A stretch of 26,111 nt of DNA from a virus (taxonomy: Duplodnaviria > Caudoviricetes): positions 1 to 26,111 of the IMG/VR virus record IMGVR_UViG_3300020045_001876; one strand, given 5' to 3'. The position numbers and the translations under genes were made by a program. Below are positions 8,751 through 17,831 of the stretch, piece by piece. Each line of letters opens with the position of its first letter. The stretch's first letter is position 1. The notes beneath the pieces were generated by a model. That model searched no databases and was not told where the DNA came from. It saw nothing but the letters and a program-made list of their open reading frames with translations.

Positions 8751-11700
8751 TTAGTCGAGGATGACAAATTCACTATAATCATTCGTCTGAAGGATGTTTT
8801 CCTTCTTATAAGTGTCCCAAATTACTTGTCCGGAAATAAGTAGCAAAGACTTCTGTTTGTTCACTAAATCGTGCTGTTCTACCTTAGCATACTGTTCTGC
8901 CCACATTGTAACATTGATGAAAGTATAATTGCATTCCAAAACTATCCGGCACCATTTACCCTTCTTAGAATCTTTTACGACAACTTCCGTAATATACCCA
9001 CCAACCTTAACTTTCCTCTTAGCGGTAGCAAACCCTTCACTTTGGAAATCTGTTTCATCTATTATCGAATAATCAGATTCAAGGTATCTTTCAAGCAAAC
9101 TTTGATAATCGAAGAATGCAATTCCAGACAATCTTTTTTGCTGTAGAACCCACCACCAATCTTCACGTGTCTTCGACAAATTAGATTCGAATATGTCCTT
9201 AACCGGATCAATCTTTACTTTCTTAATCTTACGGTAAGTTTCAACTAATCTCCAACGGTCTTTATAGGTAATCACATTCTCAATATTATCGAATGCCCCA
9301 GCCATTATAAGATTCTCCACAATCTGTTTAGTGACCTTATTACCCTTGAATTCGTTACGGTCAATGAATTCCTCGAAGGAAAAGAATTCCCCACCCTCTT
9401 CTCTTATTCTCATCACCTGAGAGGCTGCTACTTCTCCAAGCTGTTTAATTGAAATCAACGGCCAATAAATTGTATTCGTTGCGAAGTCAGTGTTTACGTC
9501 TCCCTTAGATTTATTGATGTCTGCCGGCATTATCTTAATTTTTCCGGTTTTATCAATTTCTGATATGTAATTTGCGTGGTCTGCTTCCGCTGAAAATTTG
9601 AACGCTGTCGACCAATATTCAATTGGGTAATTAACTTTAAACCATTGGGAAATATAACCGGTAATTGCATAAGCCGCAGCATGGCTTCGATTGAACAGAT
9701 ATGAACTTGCTTTATCAATAACATCCCAAACATCTTCCGAATATTTTTGAGTTACCCCAAAGTGTTCGACATAATAAGGAATGAATCTTACCTTGTATTT
9801 TTGCAGTTCAGAATATTTCTTCTTCACCATAGCCTTACGAACGTCATCAGCCTCAACCAATGTTAGCCCCCCAAGAACCTGACAAATCTTCATGATCTGT
9901 TCCTGATATACAAATACTCCGTAGGTCTTGTTCAAAACACTTTCAGACCCTACATAATATTCAACGTCTCTGTCCCCATTCTTTCTTAATACATATTCAT
10001 TATGGAAGTTATTTTCCATAGCTCCAGGCCGGTATAATGAAATCCCCGCAATCAAGTCTTCAATATTGTCCGGTTTCAAATCTTTGCAATATCCGGTTAG
10101 GCCTCTTGAACCGAAGTGGAAGGTATCCTCGTTCCAGCCTTTTGAAAAATAATCGTAAACTTTACGGTCATTTAAGGGGATAGTATAAATATTTATGTCC
10201 ACCTTCTTATCTTTCCTTATCAGTTCAAGAATGTTCTCAAATTTGTCAAGCTGTTGAATCCCCAAAATATCTTCCTTTAAGAATCCGGCTGCTTCCAATT
10301 CAATCCCTTCCCATTCACTTACCATCTGTCCATCAAGATTTGCAATAGGCATCCAGTGGAACATATCCTTGTCGTCCGGAAGTATCAACATAGCACAGGC
10401 ATGAATTGATTTAGCCTTAGGTTGGTGTAAAACAAGGTTCACTCCATTCATCAATTCGACGTTCTCTTTTATAAATTCCTTAACCCTTGAGGAACTTTTT
10501 GTTAAGTAGAATAAATCCTTCATCGATTTGACCGGAGGCAATAATGTTGTGATTTGATTTATTTCCCCGAAATCAATTCCGTATTGTTTACCCAAATCCT
10601 TTATCGAGGCTTTGACCTGTAATGCTGAATAAGTCCCAACACTACATACCTGACTATGGCCATATCGATTTTCGATATACCCCTTTATTATATCCCTCTT
10701 TGTCCCTGGAAAATCCGTGTCAATATCTGGAAGAGATTTAACAATACGACCCTCATTTAAGAACCTCTCGAACAGTAATTCGAACTCAATTGGGTTTAGT
10801 TGAATAATGTCAAGGCAATAAGCAATTAACGAGCCTCCAGCTGAACCACGGCCAATTCCGACAAGCATATTTTGGCTTCTTGCAAACTTGATGATATCCC
10901 ACAGGATAAGGAAATAATCAATTACATCCCCCTTCTCTATTACTGCAAATTCAGTTTCAATCCTCTTCATATAAACTTCAAGATTACCTCCTTTTATTTT
11001 TGTTGATAATCCTGTTTCAATTAAGTGCCAAAATAGATCTTCGTTTGTGTCAAACAATTCTGATTCAGCATCGGTCATGCGGTATTTGGGGAGAAACCTT
11101 TGTCCTAACGGGACAGTGAAATTACAATTATCGCAGACGAATTGTTCGTTCTTTAATGCTGATTCCAAGATATTAATGAATGATCCATCTTCTACATTAA
11201 ACAACAAATCGAGTTCCTGATAATAATCTTCTTTTCCCTTGAAGTATTGATTATCTGATTCATAATCCCGAACACCTGAAATAGCATTCAGGGTTTTCTT
11301 GATGTGGCTGTGTTCTTTGTCCAAATAAAATGCATCAGTAATTGCTATCGGAGCGAATTTACTTCGTACAAACTTTTTCAGGTTTTCAAGGTAATATTGA
11401 TCACGATCATCTCCTGAATATTCAACGGTATCGAGTTGGTAAAAATTCATTCCGGCTTTCATTGCCCCAAGCCTGTCAAAATCAATTGACTTAGGATCAA
11501 CTATGATAAATACATCCTGCAATAATTCAAGAACCCTACTCTCATTTATGATTTTCCGGTTGATGACATTCACTTCTTTATTCATCATCAAGATATTCGA
11601 CCAACCATTTTCATTTCTGGCAAACACCTTAATATCGTATTTGAAATCTTCAGATTCACGGTAGACAGTATAAGTTGCCCCGAGGATTGGTTTGATGCCT

Positions 11701-12146
11701 TCTTTCTGGCATTCAAGCTGGAATTTCAATACTCCAGCTAAAGTATTTTTCTCACAAATGCCTAGGGATTTACACCCAAGGAACTTTGCTTTACTTACCC
11801 AATCATTGTACATACGGGAACCGTTCAGGATTTCGTAAGCACCGTGTACACCAAGGAAATTTACTGTTTTTAGCTCTGAAGCTTCGGAACCAATGTATTT
11901 CAATGGGTTCAATTTTGGCTTGTCATATTCAGCTTTCTCTTCCCAATACCATTCCCCACCAAAACAATAGGCATACCGGTCACAATTTTGTTCGTCCGCA
12001 ATCAATACAAAATCCTTTGAAAACAGTAACCCCTCATCATCAGGTTGGACTAAGAAATATTTCTTTCCGGCTATTGTGACAAAATTATCAGAATGAGTTC
12101 CAATTTCCATTCTGTTATTTTCTAAATACTCAAGAAGCTCTTTCAT
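8751..12146 (-). CDS. dnaE: DNA polymerase III alpha subunit (family C), phage-encoded
   Basis: PHP-like N-terminal domain, GRGSAGGSLIAY, LLFERFLN, catalytic PDIDTDF, FLKEDILG, LYRPG, VYQEQIM, FNRSHAAAYA and a C-terminal OB-fold-like region. Confidence 0.96.
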   Translation of the reverse strand: MKELLEYLENNRMEIGTHSDNFVTIAGKKYFLVQPDDEGLLFSKDFVLIADEQNCDRYAYCFGGEWYWEEKAEYDKPKLNPLKYIGSEASELKTVNFLGVHGAYEILNGSRMYNDWVSKAKFLGCKSLGICEKNTLAGVLKFQLECQKEGIKPILGATYTVYRESEDFKYDIKVFARNENGWSNILMMNKEVNVINRKIINESRVLELLQDVFIIVDPKSIDFDRLGAMKAGMNFYQLDTVEYSGDDRDQYYLENLKKFVRSKFAPIAITDAFYLDKEHSHIKKTLNAISGVRDYESDNQYFKGKEDYYQELDLLFNVEDGSFINILESALKNEQFVCDNCNFTVPLGQRFLPKYRMTDAESELFDTNEDLFWHLIETGLSTKIKGGNLEVYMKRIETEFAVIEKGDVIDYFLILWDIIKFARSQNMLVGIGRGSAGGSLIAYCLDIIQLNPIEFELLFERFLNEGRIVKSLPDIDTDFPGTKRDIIKGYIENRYGHSQVCSVGTYSALQVKASIKDLGKQYGIDFGEINQITTLLPPVKSMKDLFYLTKSSSRVKEFIKENVELMNGVNLVLHQPKAKSIHACAMLILPDDKDMFHWMPIANLDGQMVSEWEGIELEAAGFLKEDILGIQQLDKFENILELIRKDKKVDINIYTIPLNDRKVYDYFSKGWNEDTFHFGSRGLTGYCKDLKPDNIEDLIAGISLYRPGAMENNFHNEYVLRKNGDRDVEYYVGSESVLNKTYGVFVYQEQIMKICQVLGGLTLVEADDVRKAMVKKKYSELQKYKVRFIPYYVEHFGVTQKYSEDVWDVIDKASSYLFNRSHAAAYAITGYISQWFKVNYPIEYWSTAFKFSAEADHANYISEIDKTGKIKIMPADINKSKGDVNTDFATNTIYWPLISIKQLGEVAASQVMRIREEGGEFFSFEEFIDRNEFKGNKVTKQIVENLIMAGAFDNIENVITYKDRWRLVETYRKIKKVKIDPVKDIFESNLSKTREDWWWVLQQKRLSGIAFFDYQSLLERYLESDYSIIDETDFQSEGFATAKRKVKVGGYITEVVVKDSKKGKWCRIVLECNYTFINVTMWAEQYAKVEQHDLVNKQKSLLLISGQVIWDTYKKENILQTNDYSEFVILD

Positions 12147-12547
12147 TATTTCTTTATTACGATGTCATGATAACCGTCATCAATTGATTCAAAATTAAAA
12201 TTTGGATGCTGTTGTTCTTCAAATATCAATAATGCAATATTTGCTATATCAACTAACCATTCCGCATTACCGTCCCTTTCAAAGTTATCCAACCTTCTCC
12301 GTATGCTTGCGCTTCTATCGTATGTTGGTTTACCTTCAGGAGTTGATCCGTGCCCCATATTTCCATATCTAAGGCACCCCATCACCAATCTGTTCCTCAT
12401 CAGTTTTTCAAACTCCGGAGACCATTCAGATTTGTATAGGTCTTCGATATTTATTTTGGCCTGTGGCTTGTCCAAGTCAATCTCATCTACCCCAATTTTC
12501 CATCTCCATAGATTATCTAAAAATGGTTGACTATCTTTGCTGCTCAT
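12146..12547 (-). CDS. hypothetical protein, possibly a MazG-like all-alpha NTP pyrophosphohydrolase
   Basis: Pattern NRLVMGCLRYG ... GNAEWLVDIANIALLIF resembles small phage MazG-like (d)NTP diphosphohydrolases. Likely start 12547 (MSSKD); TAATG overlap with dnaE. Confidence 0.4.
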   Translation of the reverse strand: MSSKDSQPFLDNLWRWKIGVDEIDLDKPQAKINIEDLYKSEWSPEFEKLMRNRLVMGCLRYGNMGHGSTPEGKPTYDRSASIRRRLDNFERDGNAEWLVDIANIALLIFEEQQHPNFNFESIDDGYHDIVIKK

Positions 12548-13232
12548 ATAATTTACATTTTTCAAAATGATATTTTTTACAATTGCTAGTACCCATTGTC
12601 TTAAGACAATATGGGCAAGTCAATTTAGGTGAATTCTTTTGTGAAATTGAAAGATTAGCTTTATGCTCTTCACTTTTTGGCTTATTTAAAATCTTCCTTG
12701 TCTCTTCGCTATGGTGTTTACCAAAGAACGGATTATTTTCTCCAGACATTTTAATACTAACAGAGGACCTTAATTCTTTATTAGACCATGCGAGTTTAAT
12801 AGATTCATTCCTTAATTTGATAACATCATCAGATAATTTAACCCCGAACATTGGATTATTTTCCCCAACAAAACTATGATTATCATTTATAGATTTTGTA
12901 AATTTTTTTATTATTTCAATTTTATTTGGATTGTTAGATAAAGTATCTCCACCTGTACCTCCTATTGTTATATTATACCCAACATCTAAATTAATTGAAT
13001 CAAGTTCTTTTATCCAGAAAATTTCACGTTCATCTAAAGTTTCTTTTGTGCATAATTCTAAAATCTCACGTTTGAAATTTTCTTTACCGTGTTTCCCAAT
13101 TGATCTCTTTAAATGTAACCCTGACCCTAAATAACCATCATCAATATCATTTGTTGAATGTTTACCAACATAAATCTTTCTATTAACAATGTTTATGGTT
13201 TTATAAATTATATGAAATTTATTAGTATTCAT
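12531..13232 (-). CDS. GIY-YIG homing endonuclease with NUMOD3-type DNA-binding repeats (Seg-like, free-standing)
   Basis: IIYKTINIVNRKIYVGKH (GIY-YIG), YLGSG, catalytic-type E in LDEREIFWI, GYNI, repeats GENNPMFG and GENNPFFGKHHSEETR, and C-terminal CPYC. Visibly more AT-rich than its neighbours. Confidence 0.88.
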   Translation of the reverse strand: MNTNKFHIIYKTINIVNRKIYVGKHSTNDIDDGYLGSGLHLKRSIGKHGKENFKREILELCTKETLDEREIFWIKELDSINLDVGYNITIGGTGGDTLSNNPNKIEIIKKFTKSINDNHSFVGENNPMFGVKLSDDVIKLRNESIKLAWSNKELRSSVSIKMSGENNPFFGKHHSEETRKILNKPKSEEHKANLSISQKNSPKLTCPYCLKTMGTSNCKKYHFEKCKLYEQQR

Positions 13233-13233
13233 A
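12544..13233 (-). mobile_element. homing endonuclease insertion bounded by 5-bp TATGA direct repeats
   Basis: TCATA on the + strand at 12544-12548 and 13229-13233. Removing one copy plus the intervening DNA restores a coupled junction between the HD gene and the downstream gene. Confidence 0.5.
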
Positions 13234-13743
13234 CGTCTTCACGAATTCTTTGACATGAGGGAAAGGTGTCTTTATGCTTTTCAATAAATTCAGACAATTG
13301 AATTCTACTTCCAAAATGTCCTTAGTCCGGTTACCCATTGCAATTTCTTCTTTGATGAAAATAAACAGATCCAAAATGTCACATACTTTGAACAGGTCAT
13401 ATTGCAGGCTTGTCATCCCACCTTTTAAATTTGCATCGGAATAACTATCCAATTGAAAATGCTTTTTACATACTTCCTCTTCAATGACTTCCCATGCATT
13501 TTTTACCGCTGGAGAGAAGTTCTTAATAGGCCAAGGTAAATCTGTTGTTTCAGATTCTAATATGTCATGATGCAATATCAAATCGAATACCTGCATGTCA
13601 TAACAAACATCTTCCAAAGAAGCGAAATGCCTAAACAGCATTGCGACCATGAAGGAATGTTCAAGCAAATTGTAATCACGATTAATGAACATCATCGACA
13701 GGCGATTGACGTTCTTCATTTTACGATAATAACGTATGTCCAT
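13222..13743 (-). CDS. HD-domain 5'-deoxynucleotidase/dNTP phosphohydrolase (YfbR/DatZ-like)
   Basis: R..(N)LLEHSFMVA, HHDILESETTDLPWPIK and KVCDILD match the YfbR-type HD pattern. Likely start 13743 (MDIRYY); the ORF track gives 13773. Confidence 0.82.
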   Translation of the reverse strand: MDIRYYRKMKNVNRLSMMFINRDYNLLEHSFMVAMLFRHFASLEDVCYDMQVFDLILHHDILESETTDLPWPIKNFSPAVKNAWEVIEEEVCKKHFQLDSYSDANLKGGMTSLQYDLFKVCDILDLFIFIKEEIAMGNRTKDILEVEFNCLNLLKSIKTPFPHVKEFVKTYEY

Positions 13744-13748
13744 TTTTA

Positions 13749-15005
13749 TTAATTTTTGAAGTTTAGGTGGCAATTATCATCTGTTTTACCCATATATCTA
13801 CCCTTCTGTCCATTCATTTCAATTTTAGCTATATACTGTTTTACAGTAGTATCTATTTTTGTTTGGTAAAATACTTTTGAACCCTGATCCACCGCCACAC
13901 ATTCAGCATTAGCAAATTCTTGCCTAATATAATTTACCTTTTCGGGTACAAGATTGTTAACTTTCAATTTCATATCGAACTTGAAAAGTTTGTTCAAATA
14001 CGGATTCATGAATGTATAATACCTTCCAGATTTATCCCAACGGTTTAAGAAAATTCGGCTCCAATCCGTAAACAATGGATTAATGAATTCCACATTAGGA
14101 ACCTCTCCAGTTTCCCGTAAAGCCTGTTCGAATCTGAACAGTTTTGTTACTTCCTTATCCCACTCTTCGAATGACATAGGATTTTCATTTGGGTATTGCC
14201 ATTTTCCAAACTTTGATTTATAATCATCTGGATTCTGAGCGGCAAATAACTGAATTGATTCAATTGTTCCGGTGTAGAAGTGAAGGTTCTTTACGAAATG
14301 ATAATATTTACCTACAGGGACACCAATCAAATTGGCTACATATTCCTGCATGAATGTGAAGTTGAACACATTCACCGCTGATAATCCCCAGAACAGGTCA
14401 TTGCTTCGAATATCAAGGGTAACATCAAGTTTACCGTCCCTCACGATGAAATTCAATGTCCTGCAGCAGGGAGTATCTTTTGTTTTCTTCAACGTACCAT
14501 CCTGATTAAAATCATCTTTTGCTGGGTCATGGATAGTGATTTCTGCCTGTCGGGTATTGATGTCACGTTTGAAAGATTCGACCACAAACTTTAGTTGGTC
14601 AACTGTGACCCCTGTCCCAGAAATGACATTACGATGTGCCGGATCAGATATCGCATAATCACTTGAGAACCCACTGAATGCCCTGATTCGTGGACCATAA
14701 GCTGCCCGCATTGAAACTTGATCATCGCTGTATTCTTTCATTTGTTTTGAATACGCATTAACCAATTCCATGTGATTACACCCAGCAGCAATCCAAAGTG
14801 CCTCAGCAAAGGCAAGGTTCTTTGCCCATGAACGCTCCGGAATTGTAATATACCGGTCAGATGGATTTTCGATACAAATCAACACTGGAGAATAGATTTC
14901 CTTACATTTGAATTCCCGTTCATCACTTTCACGGATAATTCCCTCTTCCAGAAGCTTCCTTGATAACATGATCAAGGCAATATTCAAATTTTCGTACTTC
15001 AACAT
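13749..15005 (-). CDS. thymidylate synthase superfamily protein, probable dUMP hydroxymethylase
   Basis: AYGPRI, DINTRQA, catalytic KDTPC, RSNDLFWGLSAVN and NLHFY. RSND is typical of phage hydroxymethylases, and Asn at the specificity position points to dUMP rather than dCMP. The gene is near aGPT-Pplase genes. Confidence 0.8.
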   Translation of the reverse strand: MLKYENLNIALIMLSRKLLEEGIIRESDEREFKCKEIYSPVLICIENPSDRYITIPERSWAKNLAFAEALWIAAGCNHMELVNAYSKQMKEYSDDQVSMRAAYGPRIRAFSGFSSDYAISDPAHRNVISGTGVTVDQLKFVVESFKRDINTRQAEITIHDPAKDDFNQDGTLKKTKDTPCCRTLNFIVRDGKLDVTLDIRSNDLFWGLSAVNVFNFTFMQEYVANLIGVPVGKYYHFVKNLHFYTGTIESIQLFAAQNPDDYKSKFGKWQYPNENPMSFEEWDKEVTKLFRFEQALRETGEVPNVEFINPLFTDWSRIFLNRWDKSGRYYTFMNPYLNKLFKFDMKLKVNNLVPEKVNYIRQEFANAECVAVDQGSKVFYQTKIDTTVKQYIAKIEMNGQKGRYMGKTDDNCHLNFKN

Positions 15006-15008
15006 AGA

Positions 15009-15380
15009 TTACAATTTATTTGTTATTTCATTAAATTTTTCACGGTCAACGGCCTTAATGAAGATGACATAAATTGGTCCATAAGAAAAAACAAATCTTA
15101 CTCCCTCAATTTCATGTAATGAATAGTTTTCATGATTATTATTCAATGAAATTGAAATTGGGAATAAATCATGAATCCTATTGAACCTGTCATAATCTTC
15201 TTTCTCCCCATCCTCATCAGTAGTAATGATTATCTCTTCCGGTTTTTCTACTCCTAACAGTTCTTTTACTGCTTTCCATTCTTCACCATAAACTTCCATG
15301 CCTCCGTATTCTTCAGTCAACAAATCAGCATAAGTGCCTTTCCGGCCTTTCATCGGATTATCGTCCATCGTATAAATCAT
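15009..15380 (-). CDS. hypothetical acidic protein
   Basis: 123 aa ORF with a promoter upstream, ending 3 nt before the hydroxymethylase start. Confidence 0.7.
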   Translation of the reverse strand: MIYTMDDNPMKGRKGTYADLLTEEYGGMEVYGEEWKAVKELLGVEKPEEIIITTDEDGEKEDYDRFNRIHDLFPISISLNNNHENYSLHEIEGVRFVFSYGPIYVIFIKAVDREKFNEITNKL

Positions 15381-15402
15381 ACTATAACTTTTAAATGTTT
15401 AT

Positions 15403-15433
15403 CAAATATAACACTTATATCCCATAAGACAAA
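15403..15433 (-). promoter_or_regulatory. Bacteroidota sigma-ABfr-type promoter (-33 TTTG / -7 TAnnTTTG)
   Basis: The minus strand reads TTTG-N19-TATATTTG, ending 22 nt before the ATG at 15380. Confidence 0.75.
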
Positions 15434-15443
15434 ATTAATGAAA

Positions 15444-16439
15444 CTATAATTTAATATTCCATTTTGGAGGGAACATCAAATCCATCTTTACTGGGTTCTC
15501 TTCGAACTTAGCCTTAATTCTTTTGCCATAAATTTCTTTTCCTTCTGTTTGAATTCCTGAACCTCTAAGATACTTGTCCGTTTCACAGAAACAATTACTC
15601 AAGTCCGGAGTCATTGGCATATGATTTGGTAACGGGTTAAACATCCCTCCAAATTCTTTTAAGAATTCTATGGATAATGTTTCAAAATTCTGTTGGACCC
15701 ATTTAACTATTTCACCGTAATCCGGCTTACCTTCGATAGTGAAACACCTTTCTATACCTCTTTGGGTTCCAGGTCCAGCGGCACAGAATTCATTCTCATT
15801 GAAATTGAATAAATCAGTGTAACACAAATCCTGAGCTATTTGGTATGCTAAGAAGTCTCCAAAAGACATAACCCTCTTGAGTGTCATAAACAATTCCTCG
15901 AAACTTGTTGCTTTAAAACAATCAGCCATTATACCTCTTTCGATCAAATCCTTACGGAATATCTTTAAGTATAATACATATTTACGGTCTCCCAATTTCA
16001 GGCCATATTCTTTTAAGAACGCTTCATTCCTCATAAAAGGACAAGTCAGCATGTATGCATTAGAATATACCGGTTTGAATTTATTTAGAATATCCAAGCA
16101 TTCAATAATTTCTTCATCAGGAGTATCAAGAGTTATATCCCCCAATCCAGAAATAAGTGTATCCCAAGTATTTGGTAGATTGTAATTCTTGTACAGAATG
16201 ATCCTCCAGAACATATCTTCCTTCGAATATTCTTTCCCGTTGTAAATTACATTCTTCAATAGATATTGACTTGAGCGGTCTAAAACCCTATAAACGTTTG
16301 TAAATTTATGCTCCTGTAATATAGGATCCTTTGTAAACGGAGCCGGACGTCCCTGATAACGTTTCCAAAATATTTGCATACGTTCGTACACAAAATACAT
16401 ATAGAATCTGAAATTCTCGTTCGGTTTGAAACTATTCAT
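15444..16439 (-). CDS. aGPT-Pplase1 family protein (helical domain associated with 5-hmdU DNA kinases)
   Basis: FVYERMQI, PFTKDPILQEHKFTNVYRVLDRSSQ, GDFLAYQIAQDLCY, GPGTQRG and CETDKYLR match the alpha-glutamyl/putrescinyl thymine pyrophosphorylase clade 1 pattern. Confidence 0.82.
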   Translation of the reverse strand: MNSFKPNENFRFYMYFVYERMQIFWKRYQGRPAPFTKDPILQEHKFTNVYRVLDRSSQYLLKNVIYNGKEYSKEDMFWRIILYKNYNLPNTWDTLISGLGDITLDTPDEEIIECLDILNKFKPVYSNAYMLTCPFMRNEAFLKEYGLKLGDRKYVLYLKIFRKDLIERGIMADCFKATSFEELFMTLKRVMSFGDFLAYQIAQDLCYTDLFNFNENEFCAAGPGTQRGIERCFTIEGKPDYGEIVKWVQQNFETLSIEFLKEFGGMFNPLPNHMPMTPDLSNCFCETDKYLRGSGIQTEGKEIYGKRIKAKFEENPVKMDLMFPPKWNIKL

Positions 16440-16956
16440 GATTGAAAATTTTTACGCATCCACCTTTTCCTTTTCTGTAAACTTCTTTGTAAATCGCCGG
16501 ATCGTTAATGTCAAAAATGAAATCACTGATCTTCCCAGGAACTACACGGCACATTGACAATTGAGTGCCCGATTTCTGTTCTCCTAAAAATTTGAACCCA
16601 AGTTTTTCATAGAACCCAACGGCTGTCTTTTCAGCAGATACTCTTAGGTAACTTATTTCACCTATAATTTCATTCAAGATAGTTTCGGTTAATTGTTTTG
16701 CATAACCTCTTTTACGGAATTCGTAGAAAGTGTGAATCAACTGGAGATTAGCAATCTTAGGATCCCTCTTTGATATTGTAACGATAATTGCACAGGCCAA
16801 ACGCTCACCAACAAATATGCCGAAACACTGATCCCAGATGTTCATCATATTACACTTTGCCAAAAATGTTTTAGCGAAGCTGTCTTCTTTTAACCCTGTT
16901 AAATTTTTGATGAATACCTCTTTAGATACTTCATCCAATCTTACTGTTTCTTTCAT
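16432..16956 (-). CDS. GNAT family N-acetyltransferase
   Basis: Acetyl-CoA-binding motif A (FRKRGYAKQL) and AVGFYEKLGF. Likely start 16956 (MKETV), forming a TAATG overlap with the amidoligase stop; the ORF track gives 16971. Confidence 0.85.
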   Translation of the reverse strand: MKETVRLDEVSKEVFIKNLTGLKEDSFAKTFLAKCNMMNIWDQCFGIFVGERLACAIIVTISKRDPKIANLQLIHTFYEFRKRGYAKQLTETILNEIIGEISYLRVSAEKTAVGFYEKLGFKFLGEQKSGTQLSMCRVVPGKISDFIFDINDPAIYKEVYRKGKGGCVKIFNHE

Positions 16957-17831
16957 TAATCTGCCTCCCAATATTTACGATTTTTACCATTAACTAATTC
17001 AACATGATGTTTGGTATTCAGCCATCCCTCTGCCTGATCTTTGTTAAATTGCATAGCTGGGAACTTCCAATCTTTTTCTTTAAGAATTTCGATTACGGGT
17101 TTCCCATATTTAAGTCCTTCAAGAATAAACCTTTCGACAAATTCAAAACAGTCAGACAATTCTTCTTTATCCAATGTCCCTCTGAAGCACCTGAATTCTA
17201 TTGTTTTGCAGTTCTTTAAGGAATACAAATTTACCCCATACCTAACGGGACGAACAGGAACTTTACTGTCCTTACCACGTGCTAACATAGTTAGCACCTC
17301 TGGTATTGTGTTACATTTATAACAAATATTGTCGGCCATCCAATTTGGCATACGTCTTGCTCCATCATTCTTCAAGTATGTCTTTGCTTTACTGAAACCC
17401 TCTGGGATTTTAGAACCATCGAACCTGTAAACTTTTTCGAAAGTCAAGTCCTGATTTGTGTTAATATAATCAACAAGGTTCAGTAAAGATTCAATGTCAT
17501 TTTCCAACCCTACAATATGAACATGAATATGGCTGTGAGAAGTCATACCAACATCTGGGTCTTGCCCCAAATTTTTAAATAAATCAATTATACGCATTAT
17601 ACGCTCCACTTGATCTTCTTTTGTCAATGAAGGGATTGTATTAATTTCTCCACCCACAGGTGGATTAATTCCCTTTGGGTCGGCAGAGATGTTTGCATAT
17701 TTACCCCTCGTATTAATTATATCGGCCTCACAAAATTCCCATTTACCTAAATACTCAGGAAGTTTTGTTGATTTTATGACATTACTTAACTCCAATTCAA
17801 ACCCGAACGTCAAATTTTCTTTAGTATACAT
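16956..17831 (-). CDS. putative amidoligase (COOH-NH2 ligase, glutamine synthetase/glutamate-cysteine ligase-like fold)
   Basis: TFGFELE, GGEINT, SHIHVH and TIEFRCF motifs in the order expected for this family. Confidence 0.78.
   Translation of the reverse strand: MYTKENLTFGFELELSNVIKSTKLPEYLGKWEFCEADIINTRGKYANISADPKGINPPVGGEINTIPSLTKEDQVERIMRIIDLFKNLGQDPDVGMTSHSHIHVHIVGLENDIESLLNLVDYINTNQDLTFEKVYRFDGSKIPEGFSKAKTYLKNDGARRMPNWMADNICYKCNTIPEVLTMLARGKDSKVPVRPVRYGVNLYSLKNCKTIEFRCFRGTLDKEELSDCFEFVERFILEGLKYGKPVIEILKEKDWKFPAMQFNKDQAEGWLNTKHHVELVNGKNRKYWEAD

Noticed and set aside
4655-12146. Inteins in DnaE or RecA
   Set aside because: Protein lengths are normal and no intein-like N-terminal Cys block, HN-C/S/T junction or LAGLIDADG insert is visible.
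12531-13232. Group I intron carrying the GIY-YIG gene
   Set aside because: The ORF overlaps both neighbours, leaving no room for ribozyme core sequence, and the flanking genes look like separate complete proteins.
13222-13743. 2-aminoadenine (Z-genome) system suggested by the DatZ-like HD protein
   Set aside because: No PurZ/adenylosuccinate synthetase homologue is in the window, and the neighbouring genes point to uracil/thymine chemistry.
13749-15005. T4-like dCMP hydroxymethylase with glucosylated hmC
   Set aside because: The specificity residue is Asn rather than Asp, no glycosyltransferase is present, and the aGPT-Pplase genes indicate 5-hmdU.
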